A DNA stretch of 64,000 bases from an uncultured bacterium (GCA_963848965.1 CAWKFG010000002.1:1191-65190); one strand, 5' to 3'. Positions 35,892 through 44,081 are shown, counted from the first letter of the stretch. Program-made: numbers and translations. The notes: a model not told the origin generated them from the sequence alone.

Positions 35892-38555
35892 TCAATTGGA
35901 CTCATGTCTTCGTTTACGTACAAAATATTTGCGCATCTCTTCTAATAAAATAATAGAAGAAGCAACAGCAAGCGAAAGAAGCCAATCATAACCATCTAAA
36001 GGCACTGTTTTTAGAATATGCTCTAAAAATGGTACATAAAGTGCAGCTACTTGTAAAAGAATAACGAGCATTGTTGCACCAACAAGCCATTTATTTGATA
36101 GTAATGGGATAGTAAACAGAGAAAGGATTTCAGAGCGGCAGTTCCAAGCATTAAACCACTGAAATGCGGCCATAGTTACCAGTGCTACTGTTCGAGCTTT
36201 CTCCAAAGAATAATGAGTTACATAAAAAGAAAAAAGGAGCAGTGTACCACAAGCCATTATAAGAGCACCATAGCTCATTTTGATTACCATACCTCTATCA
36301 ATGAGATTACCCTTTTGCATCCGTCTTAATGCACTACGCTCAGATTTTTCTGTTCCTAAAGCAATATCTAAAAATCCGTCCGTTACTAAATTAAGCCAAA
36401 GAATTTGTGCAGGTAAAAGAGGAAATGGCATTGAAAGTAAAAAAGCACTACTTATGGTGAGTATCTCACCTAGATTAGTAGTAAAAAGATACAGAATAAC
36501 TCGTCGTAAAGTATAAAAAATATGACGACCTTCTTCAATAGCCTTTATAATACTACCAAATGAATCATCAAGCAATACCATATCAGCTGCTTGTTGTGCT
36601 ACTTCAGTTCCTTTTATACCCATAGCAATTCCTAAGTCTGCTGCAACTAAAGAGGGTACATCATTAACTCCATCTCCTGTCATTGCAACAAGCTTATCCT
36701 TTTTATGAAATAATTCTATGAGTCTCATTTTATCATGTGGTAAAAATCGAGCATAGACACGAATGCGTTCTATGTTTTTTAACAGTTGTTTATCAGAAAG
36801 CTGTTCAAATTCTTTTCCTGTAAGTACTTCATCGTCAGGCTTTAAGAGCCCTATTTCATGTGCTACAAAAAGGGCTGTTTTTGCATGATCTCCTGTTGCC
36901 ATAATAACTTCAAGGCCAAGTTTACGAGCAACAGATACCATCTCTTTTGCATCTGGTCTAATTGCATCCTGAATACCAAGTAATGCCAAAAAGTTTAAAG
37001 TACCTCTCAATTTTTCAAGAAAGAATGTTCTAAAATCTTCTTGGATCTCATTGGAGGATAACTCTTTATAGGCAAGACCAATAACTCGTAGCCCTTGATT
37101 AAGAAAAGCATCAAGTGCATCTAAAACTTCTTGAGAAACTGCATGTGATGCTTGTATAATAGCCTCAGGTGCACCTGAAACAAATACTAGAACCTTTTCA
37201 TCTGCTTTATAAGCAGCTACATGCATACGCAACGTTGCATCAAACGGTATTTCATAAAGAAGCTGATATCTATTAGAAAGCTCTCTTTTATAACCACCTA
37301 ATTTTCGTGCAAAAATATCCATCCCCGCTTCTAAAGGGTCACCCTTAATCTTAAAAAGTTTCGTTTGTAGATCATATCGTATCTCTGCATTACTGAGTAG
37401 AGCTGCTGCATCTCGCGCTAAAAAAAGGTCTTTATGCTCAGCAGTTTCTGGCACTGAGCTACCGTTAAAAAGTACAGCCCCTTCTTCAAAGTATCCTGTG
37501 CCTGTTACATCATAGACATAACCAGGTGTAGAGACTTTAAGTACCATCATCTCATTACGAGTAAGCGTTCCTGTTTTATCAACAACCAATAGTTGAGCTC
37601 GCCCTAATCCTTCTACAGCCTGTAGTCTTTTTACTAGTACATGCTTTTGAGCCATACGATAAGCACCTGCTGCAAGAACTAATGTAACAACAATAGGAAG
37701 TCCTTCGGGAATAACAGAAACACCAAGTGCTACCAATAATAAGAGTACTTCTAAAATGTTTCTGCCCATACTTATTCCGATAATAAAGAGACTAGTACAA
37801 AGCACCAGTAATCCTATAAGTAACAAGCGTGAGAGCCTTTCTATTTGCTTTCGCAAAGGAGTTCGTGTATCTACTCGCTCAATACTCTTTTGAAGTTGTC
37901 CAAGCACTGTATCAAGACCTGTTGCCACTACAATGGCAGATGCATTACCAGTAAGCACATAGGTACCGCTAAAGAGCATATTTGTTTGCTCATACAAAGC
38001 ACGAGGCCCTTCAAGCGTGTTTAACTGCTTTTCTACAGGATTTGATTCTCCTGTAAGCATTGATTCATCTATTTTAAGATCAGATGATGCAATAATACGT
38101 GCGTCTACAGGAACACGTTCGCCTTCTTGCACAATAATAATATCACCCGGTACAAGCTCTTTTGTAGGAATAATATGCTTTTTGCCTTCCCGAACGACAG
38201 TACAGGTAGATGAAATAAATTTTTTTAAACTTAACAATAACGTAGCTGCTCGCCCTTCTTGAATAGTGCCTACCAAAGCATTAAAAAGAAGAACACTCCC
38301 TATAATAGCAGCATCAAGAACGTCTCCTAAAAAGAATACGAGCACTGCAGAAAATGCTAAAATATAAACAAGTGGGCTCGTAAACTGAGAAAGAAAAAGC
38401 TGTATCCATGAAGGAGCTTTTGCCTCTGGCAAACTATTTGGTCCGTATTTTTGTAAGCGCGCCTCTGCTTCCTGTTGAGAAAGGCCCTCAGTAAGTGAAG
38501 TTTTATATTCTGTAGCAAGAGCTTCAGCAGATTGTGCATAGGGCTTTAATTTCAT
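35892..38555 (-). CDS. P2-type cation-transporting P-type ATPase (Ca2+/Mg2+-ATPase-like)
   Basis: TGES, IPEGLP, DKTGTLT, MATGDH and TGDGVNDVPSL, with 10 predicted TM segments. Confidence 0.9.
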   Translation of the reverse strand: MKLKPYAQSAEALATEYKTSLTEGLSQQEAEARLQKYGPNSLPEAKAPSWIQLFLSQFTSPLVYILAFSAVLVFFLGDVLDAAIIGSVLLFNALVGTIQEGRAATLLLSLKKFISSTCTVVREGKKHIIPTKELVPGDIIIVQEGERVPVDARIIASSDLKIDESMLTGESNPVEKQLNTLEGPRALYEQTNMLFSGTYVLTGNASAIVVATGLDTVLGQLQKSIERVDTRTPLRKQIERLSRLLLIGLLVLCTSLFIIGISMGRNILEVLLLLVALGVSVIPEGLPIVVTLVLAAGAYRMAQKHVLVKRLQAVEGLGRAQLLVVDKTGTLTRNEMMVLKVSTPGYVYDVTGTGYFEEGAVLFNGSSVPETAEHKDLFLARDAAALLSNAEIRYDLQTKLFKIKGDPLEAGMDIFARKLGGYKRELSNRYQLLYEIPFDATLRMHVAAYKADEKVLVFVSGAPEAIIQASHAVSQEVLDALDAFLNQGLRVIGLAYKELSSNEIQEDFRTFFLEKLRGTLNFLALLGIQDAIRPDAKEMVSVARKLGLEVIMATGDHAKTALFVAHEIGLLKPDDEVLTGKEFEQLSDKQLLKNIERIRVYARFLPHDKMRLIELFHKKDKLVAMTGDGVNDVPSLVAADLGIAMGIKGTEVAQQAADMVLLDDSFGSIIKAIEEGRHIFYTLRRVILYLFTTNLGEILTISSAFLLSMPFPLLPAQILWLNLVTDGFLDIALGTEKSERSALRRMQKGNLIDRGMVIKMSYGALIMACGTLLLFSFYVTHYSLEKARTVALVTMAAFQWFNAWNCRSEILSLFTIPLLSNKWLVGATMLVILLQVAALYVPFLEHILKTVPLDGYDWLLSLAVASSIILLEEMRKYFVRKRRHESN

Positions 38556-38586
38556 GAAAAACTCCGCGCTAGAAGTACTCTACCAT

Positions 38587-39345
38587 TCATTTATGATTTG
38601 CTGCAAATTTGTGCCTTAAAAATTGCAAAATTTTTCCTTCAATAGCTTCATCTGTACGACTAGGTAAACTGAACTTAAACTTTTGCTGTACTGGTTTGAG
38701 GTTATTCATAAATCGTTGTGATACAATAGTTGCTGTTTGGCGTAATATACCTTCTTTTATATCAGTAGGCAGTTCATTAAAACTTTTTTTGTCATACTCA
38801 GCTTTTTCAATAAATGGTAAGGCAACTAGCATAGCCTCTGAAGTTAAAAACCGTAGCGCCCAGTCTTGTAGCGTAGTACCAACTGGTGTTTTATGCTCTT
38901 TTAAATGAGTAATTAAAGTGTCATAAGCAGTCTCCAATTCAGGTGTTAAAGTATCTACAGGAACCTGAAAGACGCTTTCTGGATTTATTACTTCAACAAT
39001 AAGATTGCGAAGTTCAATAAGATCCTTGTCTTGAGCACCAGCTTTTGCAAATTTTTTTATAAAGCCGTTTGCTACCTCATCAGCTTTGGTTTTAAGCTCA
39101 GAATCAGAAAGTACTCTACTAAAAGGCATCTGCGATTCATCTACAATATACTTTATACTCGCTGGTGTAAGCAAGTTACGCAAATGTTCTGAAAACTCTG
39201 GGTGTGGTGTCCTTTTTTTCCACTCTAAAAAAGCAGTATCTGCTTCTTTGTTTTTCTCTTCAATAGTAAGCACCCCTGGCTGTGCATATGCAAGCACAGG
39301 AACTATACTTATTATAAAAAACATATATCTTCTTAAATTAATCAT
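38587..39345 (-). CDS. hypothetical secreted protein
   Basis: 252-aa ORF with a signal peptide and no recognisable motif. Confidence 0.35.
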   Translation of the reverse strand: MINLRRYMFFIISIVPVLAYAQPGVLTIEEKNKEADTAFLEWKKRTPHPEFSEHLRNLLTPASIKYIVDESQMPFSRVLSDSELKTKADEVANGFIKKFAKAGAQDKDLIELRNLIVEVINPESVFQVPVDTLTPELETAYDTLITHLKEHKTPVGTTLQDWALRFLTSEAMLVALPFIEKAEYDKKSFNELPTDIKEGILRQTATIVSQRFMNNLKPVQQKFKFSLPSRTDEAIEGKILQFLRHKFAANHK

Positions 39346-39438
39346 AGGTATCCCCCCTTAAAAATTATTTCTATTAATAATTTATCAAAATGGCTTGTGC
39401 TTATTCAATAAAATGCTTAATAAAATGTTGGAACCTAC

Positions 39439-39470
39439 GAAAATGTTCGGAATGGAAAAGAATTAAAAAG
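39439..39470 (+). repeat. 32-nt direct repeat flanking the TA cassette (left copy)
   Basis: gaaaatgttcggaatggaaaagaattaaaaag. It matches 40240..40272 with 2 substitutions and 1 indel. A partial extra copy (aaaatgttggaac) lies at 39422-39434. Confidence 0.7.
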
Positions 39471-39491
39471 AAGGCAAACTACGCTCGATGA

Positions 39492-39803
39492 TCATTTTTT
39501 GCTCTTAAAAATTTCTTGGGGCTCTTTTTCAAGAGTTGCGAGAAGATGCGCTAAGCTAGATAAAGTTAAGTTAGCTTCACCACGTCTAATCTTAGCAACT
39601 TGGACTGGAGTTGAATCTAACCGTCTTACAAGTTCATTAAAGCCAATATTATGCTTACTCATATAATCTTCCATAGCAGATGAGATTGATTCTTGTAATA
39701 AGGACAAGAATCTAATTTCACGTTCTGCTCGTTCTTCAATTTCAGCAATTTCATTTTTGCTTAATCTCTTTTCAAGATATTCTTGAAAACTTTTTGTTTT
39801 CAT
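39492..39803 (-). CDS. XRE-family HTH antitoxin (HigA-like)
   Basis: 103 aa. The HTH is FNELVRRLDSTPVQVAKIRRGEANLTLSSLAHLL. It sits immediately downstream of a Gp49-like toxin. Confidence 0.7.
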   Translation of the reverse strand: MKTKSFQEYLEKRLSKNEIAEIEERAEREIRFLSLLQESISSAMEDYMSKHNIGFNELVRRLDSTPVQVAKIRRGEANLTLSSLAHLLATLEKEPQEIFKSKK

Positions 39804-39815
39804 AAATGTCCTTTT

Positions 39816-40136
39816 CTATAACTGTGAAAGCCGCTTACGTGCAATCCTTATATCCCTTTCTTGTTCTGATTTATTACCTGCAGCAAGCAAAATAATTATA
39901 TCACCACCAGAAAATGAATAATAAATTCTATAACCATACTTAAGTTCTCGTAATTCAAAAAGACCCTTCTTTAAAGGTCTACTATGTGGAAGTTTTAACG
40001 CATTGCCAGATTTTTCCAAGATTTTTATTACAGCAGCAACCTCCTTAAACTGTTCATCCGTTAGCGAGTTAAACCATTTTTCAATAGGATTGTTCTTTTT
40101 TGCCCCATCCCAGTACTCAATTTTCCATCTCTTCAT
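39816..40136 (-). CDS. Gp49/HigB-like RelE-superfamily toxin (DUF891 type)
   Basis: 106 aa. ...PIEKWFNSL...KLPHSRPLKKGLFELRELKYGYRIYYSF.GGDIIILLAAGNK matches the phage Gp49-like killer pattern. Confidence 0.75.
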   Translation of the reverse strand: MKRWKIEYWDGAKKNNPIEKWFNSLTDEQFKEVAAVIKILEKSGNALKLPHSRPLKKGLFELRELKYGYRIYYSFSGGDIIILLAAGNKSEQERDIRIARKRLSQL

Positions 40137-40239
40137 AAATGATAAGGCCTTCCCTACGAAAGACTTAATATGCTATATTTTAATATAGTACATTAAAATA
40201 TAGCAGTCAACTCATCCTTTTAAAACGTTTGAGTTTTAT

Positions 40240-40272
40240 GAAAATGTTTGGAACGGAAAAGAATTGAAAAAG
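40240..40272 (+). repeat. direct repeat flanking the TA cassette (right copy)
   Basis: gaaaatgtttggaacggaaaagaattgaaaaag. Confidence 0.7.
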
Positions 40273-40334
40273 TGTGATAGCTAAAGTTTAAGAAAATCTA
40301 TGAAAGGAGAAAAAGAAACATATAAAAAAATTTA

Positions 40335-40699
40335 GGAGGCGCCTGAATTACAAACTCATCTTGCCGAACCACCGTACTTAAACCACTCCAAGTATAGTCT
40401 TTGTGCTTGCACTCTAGTGTAGTCGCAAAGACTCGATTCATACTAGAGACTAGGTTTATGATCCCTCAAGTTATACACCTAAAAATTCACTTGAGGTCCT
40501 CTTGATACCTTATGAGCATACAGGCCAAGAGAATGCCTTCGAGCTCATAAGTGCAGCGACCGCTTTGTGCCGATGCCCGTGGAGTCACAGCTTCCACGCG
40601 TTACTTGACCCATGTATTACGAGCGCAGGGGTCATCTTACTCGACTTGCGTTTTAAGTATGCGCGGCAGCCTTAAGCCCTATGGCTTATGAGCGCCTCC
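40335..40699. ncRNA. candidate large structured RNA of unknown family (minus strand slightly favoured)
   Basis: No ORF of 60 aa or more on either strand, and GC is clearly higher than the flanks. The closing helix is 40335-42/40692-99 and a long-range helix is 40375-82/40652-59. Perfect hairpins of 6-9 bp lie at 40396-403/40426-33, 40464-71/40489-96, 40509-17/40543-51, 40578-83/40593-98 and 40606-11/40629-34. A/T runs sit at both ends. Confidence 0.4.
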
Positions 40700-40744
40700 G
40701 CTTTTTTCTTTATATGTCAAAGACAAACTTATCTTACTATTCTT

Positions 40745-40774
40745 ACTATAATTTATTTTAAATCAAATTGTCAA
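40745..40774 (-). promoter_or_regulatory. sigma-70-like promoter facing the candidate RNA locus
   Basis: On the minus strand, TTGACA (40774-40769), an 18-nt spacer, then TATAGT (40750-40745), about 45 nt upstream of the closing helix. Confidence 0.35.
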
Positions 40775-40920
40775 TTATTTTTTGAAAAAGAAAAAGAATT
40801 TGAAGAAACTATAAGAAAGAAATGAATTTTTAAGAAGTTTTTTGCATTGAGTTATCAATGCTTTTAGAATTTTTAACTAATCCTTGCTTTCAGCTACACC
40901 GGGTTACAGCATAGCTCCTT

Positions 40921-40967
40921 TAAGAGCGACCGTGTCCGCCGAAGCTCGCAGAGCGAAGGAGGAAGGT
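40921..40967 (-). repeat. CCTTCGC/CTTCGG-rich short element, copy E3, abutting the tmRNA 3' end
   Basis: The minus strand reads ACCTTCCTCCTTCGCTCTGCGAGCTTCGGCGGACACGGTCGCTCTTA immediately after the tmRNA CCA. It is related to E1 and E2 next to the GIY-YIG genes. Confidence 0.6.
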
Positions 40968-41328
40968 TGGTGGAGGCGATGGGAATCGAACCCATGTCCG
41001 CACTACAATCGACTTAAAGCGCTACATGCTTAGTCTTTATCAATTCTTATAAAAATACTTAAAGACAGGTATTTTTTATAAGCTTGGTTTGTGTTCATTC
41101 AAGCTACAGACCAAGGTAACCTTGCTTGACGTCCTATAAAGGGTAATACGAGCCTTATCGATCTATAGGCATATCAATGAGACAAGTGTGTTGCCGCTAT
41201 TAAGCGAAAGCAACAGCAGATTGTGCTGTATTTGCACTTATTGTTTGACCATTTATTTTACGAGTACTCAGTCAAAGCTCGGCATGCTCTTCAAGCGTCT
41301 TATAACACGTCGAAGCCAGTACGCCCCC
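40968..41328 (-). ncRNA. ssrA: transfer-messenger RNA (tmRNA, SsrA), 361 nt
   Basis: The 5' end GGGGGCGTACTGGCTTCGACGTG and the 3' end GGACATGGGTTCGATTCCCATCGCCTCCACCA form a 7-bp acceptor stem with G3:U, plus a T-arm and CCA. The internal reading frame GCA AAT ACA GCA CAA TCT GCT GTT GCT TTC GCT TAA TAG gives the tag ANTAQSAVAFA. Confidence 0.92.
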
Positions 41329-41352
41329 GAATCTTTCAAAGAATTCATTATA

Positions 41353-41381
41353 AGAATACCACAGTAAACTATCTTTGTCAA
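41353..41381 (-). promoter_or_regulatory. sigma-70-like promoter for ssrA
   Basis: On the minus strand, TTGACA (41381-41376), a 17-nt spacer, then TATTCT (41358-41353), directly followed by TATAAT (41352-41347). It lies about 20-25 nt upstream of the mature 5' end. Confidence 0.45.
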
Positions 41382-41600
41382 TTTAAAACCCTGTACCAAA
41401 AGCACGTATTTTACCTTCTAACGCTCGAATAAGGTTTCCTATAAACTATTATTAATGCCTTATAGTCAAAGAAGGGCTCTTCATTAAAAAGACTCTTGAC
41501 TGAATTATTCTTTTCAGTATACTAATATTTGAAATTAAATTGTTTTTATAGAACTTTCTTAGTTTTTTATTTATATTTATCATTATATAATGAGATTGTC

Positions 41601-42884
41601 ATGAAAAAATTACTTTTCTATGCCCTTATCTATGCAGTTGGAAGCTGCTCTTTCTTTATGTATTCTATGGAAAACCCTTTTGATGACTTTAATGTAGACC
41701 TTATAGACTTTGGATACATTGATAACGTTGATAATTTTTCTCTAGAAAGTTTTATTGACCTTAGTCCTTCAGAAGATCTTTCGCACAAAAAAAGGCCATA
41801 TAATGCCGAAATTATTCAACAAGATGCTCTTGTTCAAGAAAGTCCTCAAAAAAAGTTAAAAATCGATGGTTCAGTTGCTCTTCTTTTAAAAGAATTACAA
41901 ATGCTTGAAGAGAAGCATAGAGCAGTACGTGCAAATCTTATAGAAGAGGCAAAAAAGCTTGCATTACGATGCCAGGTTAACTTTGATTTGATACGTCCTT
42001 TAGATTTAAACTATAACAACCTTCCCTTATACGAAGGCGTATCAAAACTTTCACAAGATCTTCTTTTAAAAAGTAAAGATGCTCCTTTTCTTTTAACATT
42101 ACAACCAAAGGCTCGTGCAGAACTTCTTACTGCACTCACAGTAAAAACAGAGATTATTATAAAAGAAGTGACTGTTCTAGAAAAAGTCCTTGAATGTATT
42201 AGCACTGGATCTACATTCACACATACAGTTTATCCGCAGCCCGAAACAGAGCTTCTTGATGTTATTCAGCTTGATCAGCTTCTTAAAGAATCATTACGGT
42301 GCTCTCGAGATTCAGAACGATCAAGAGACTCTTGGCTTACAAAATTGAAGTGGTTAATCTCTTTATATTCATTTAATATCTCTAAAAAATTTGCTCGCCA
42401 ATTAGGTGAAGAATCTCATAATCCATTACACGAAGTGTTTCAAAAGACTCTCGGTAATGCACTTATTGTACATGCAAAACATCATAGCATTACTTATAAA
42501 GACTTTTGCACGCTTTTAAAATTTATTATGCAAGATAGTCCTTTAGCTGCACCATTTATTGCTCGTGTAGGAGAATTTTTAGCATCAATACATGCAACAC
42601 ACACGAAACTTGGACTTATTAAAAGTCTTATTAGCCAAACGTTAAAAGCAAGCATTAATGCAGCTGAAACTAAAGAGGTATTTACCTGTGCTATTTGTTA
42701 TGAAGCACTTTCAGTATCTTCTAAACAATCTCTTTCTCAAGATGATTTCCAAGGTATTGTTACTCCTGCCTGCGCTTGTCAAAATTATTACCATAAAGCC
42801 TGTCTTGAAAAATGGATAGCAAACGGCTGCCCTATTTGCAAACGAAAAGTTGGTATTCAACCTATTATTAATCCTCAATCATAG
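41601..42884 (+). CDS. secreted protein with a C-terminal C4HC3 RING-like zinc finger (candidate E3-ligase-like effector)
   Basis: The ATG at 41601 (MKKLLFYALIYAVGSCSFF signal) is preferred over the TTG at 41529. The C-terminus reads CAIC-x24-CAC-x4-H-x2-C-x8-CPIC and contains HKACLEKW. Confidence 0.6.
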   Translation: MKKLLFYALIYAVGSCSFFMYSMENPFDDFNVDLIDFGYIDNVDNFSLESFIDLSPSEDLSHKKRPYNAEIIQQDALVQESPQKKLKIDGSVALLLKELQMLEEKHRAVRANLIEEAKKLALRCQVNFDLIRPLDLNYNNLPLYEGVSKLSQDLLLKSKDAPFLLTLQPKARAELLTALTVKTEIIIKEVTVLEKVLECISTGSTFTHTVYPQPETELLDVIQLDQLLKESLRCSRDSERSRDSWLTKLKWLISLYSFNISKKFARQLGEESHNPLHEVFQKTLGNALIVHAKHHSITYKDFCTLLKFIMQDSPLAAPFIARVGEFLASIHATHTKLGLIKSLISQTLKASINAAETKEVFTCAICYEALSVSSKQSLSQDDFQGIVTPACACQNYYHKACLEKWIANGCPICKRKVGIQPIINPQS

Positions 42885-42893
42885 AAAGTTTAT

Positions 42894-43433
42894 ATGAATA
42901 CATATATCTTAGCTCTCCTTCTTACAACGAGTACCTTTTTATGTGCTATGGAAGTACCTACAAAAGCTCTTGAAGCTCATATTACAGCACTTATTGAGCG
43001 CAAAAAAAGACAACTTGATACTGATCAAGAGCAGCTTGCAGCTATTAAAAGTCGCCTTGAGGTCTATTCTACTCTTGACAATGATGCACATAGAATTCGT
43101 CTAAGACAAGCAGAGCTTGCAAAAGAACTTGATGAAACGCAAAAGCAAAAACTGCAAGAAATGAGAACTCTTGTTGATGAATTTCAACAAAAAAAAGCTC
43201 GCATTGAACAAAAGTATGCAGCTTTAGCCCAAGAAGCTCGTGCTCAAAAAGATTTTGTTGGCCAACAACAAGAGCTCGCAGTACGCGAGACTAGACGCTT
43301 GGCACAAACAGATATTCAATTTCTCTTAAATCTTAACAAAGTACCTGTTTTGCCTGAAAGACCAAATACACCTATTAGTTCTCCTAAAGCACCACCAGCT
43401 TTCCCTTTTCAAGGATACTCACCAAAAAAGTGA
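42894..43433 (+). CDS. hypothetical secreted coiled-coil protein
   Basis: 179 aa with a signal peptide and a Gln/Glu/Lys-rich heptad-like sequence. No enzymatic motif. Confidence 0.35.
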   Translation: MNTYILALLLTTSTFLCAMEVPTKALEAHITALIERKKRQLDTDQEQLAAIKSRLEVYSTLDNDAHRIRLRQAELAKELDETQKQKLQEMRTLVDEFQQKKARIEQKYAALAQEARAQKDFVGQQQELAVRETRRLAQTDIQFLLNLNKVPVLPERPNTPISSPKAPPAFPFQGYSPKK

Positions 43434-43934
43434 TTATGCAATCTCTATAAGCTCTATATCAAAAATAAGATGAGCATTTGCAGGTATTACTGGAGGATAT
43501 CCATAGGTTCCATAGCCAAGTTGTGGTGGAATAAAGAATCGTACTTTATCTCCTAAATGCATTTCGAGCAGCCCTTCATCCCATCCTTGGATAACATTAC
43601 CACTTCCTACAATAAACGAAAAGGACCTGCCATGATCATAGCTGCTATCAAACTTTCTTCCTGGTCTATCATTACCATCATTCAACCATCCAGTATAGTG
43701 TACGGTAACACGCTGTCCTGGTTTCGGTGTTGTTTGTCCATTCCCATCATGTAATATCTGGTACTTTAATCCAGAGGGAAGAGTAATTTCATCACTAGGT
43801 AAAGGTTTGTCTTGCATAGCAGATTCCTTATCTTTTTGAGCATGAACATGTTTTTTACTATCAAGTTGAGCAATAAGAATGTAACATCCTACCACTCCCC
43901 CTAATAACAGACTAACTACTATATTTTTTCTCAT
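43434..43934 (-). CDS. FKBP-type peptidyl-prolyl cis-trans isomerase (secreted/anchored)
   Basis: VTVHYTGWL.DG..FDSSYD.G.SFSF.VG.G.VI.GWDEGL..M..G......IPP.LGYG is the canonical FKBP core. Confidence 0.9.
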   Translation of the reverse strand: MRKNIVVSLLLGGVVGCYILIAQLDSKKHVHAQKDKESAMQDKPLPSDEITLPSGLKYQILHDGNGQTTPKPGQRVTVHYTGWLNDGNDRPGRKFDSSYDHGRSFSFIVGSGNVIQGWDEGLLEMHLGDKVRFFIPPQLGYGTYGYPPVIPANAHLIFDIELIEIA

Positions 43935-44081
43935 AGAACTCTCCTTATTCAGATCTCAGCACACACTATACTATAGACTGAAAGAAGAATCAAAAATAAT
44001 ATACCAATTAACAAAATGCAATAACATTCGTATACTGGAAAAGTATCTTTAAAAAGCATCTTTTGTAAGAAAGGCACTTTC

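Noticed and set aside
40335-40699. Possible RNase P RNA, given its ~365 nt size, closing helix and multi-hairpin layout.
   Set aside because: On neither strand could I find the near-universal GAAAGUCC (CR-I) or the ACAGAA/GGCUUA segments able to form P4 with a bulged U. A GGCTTA occurs near one end, but no complementary AAG(U)CC partner exists. I left it as an unassigned RNA pending a covariance-model search.
40335-40699. Possible second (pseudo) tmRNA copy. Its length is similar to ssrA and the closing helix shares the heptamer CGCCTCC with the tmRNA acceptor stem.
   Set aside because: It has no T-arm (GGTTCGAnTCC with a flanking stem), no CCA, no tag-like reading frame, and no alignable similarity to the ssrA body. 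The shared heptamer may be coincidental.
40714-40761. 15-codon sORF MSKTNLSYYSYYNLF between the unassigned RNA locus and the tmRNA flank.
   Set aside because: It is too short, has no Shine-Dalgarno sequence, and overlaps the minus-strand promoter-like hexamers. Nothing supports it.
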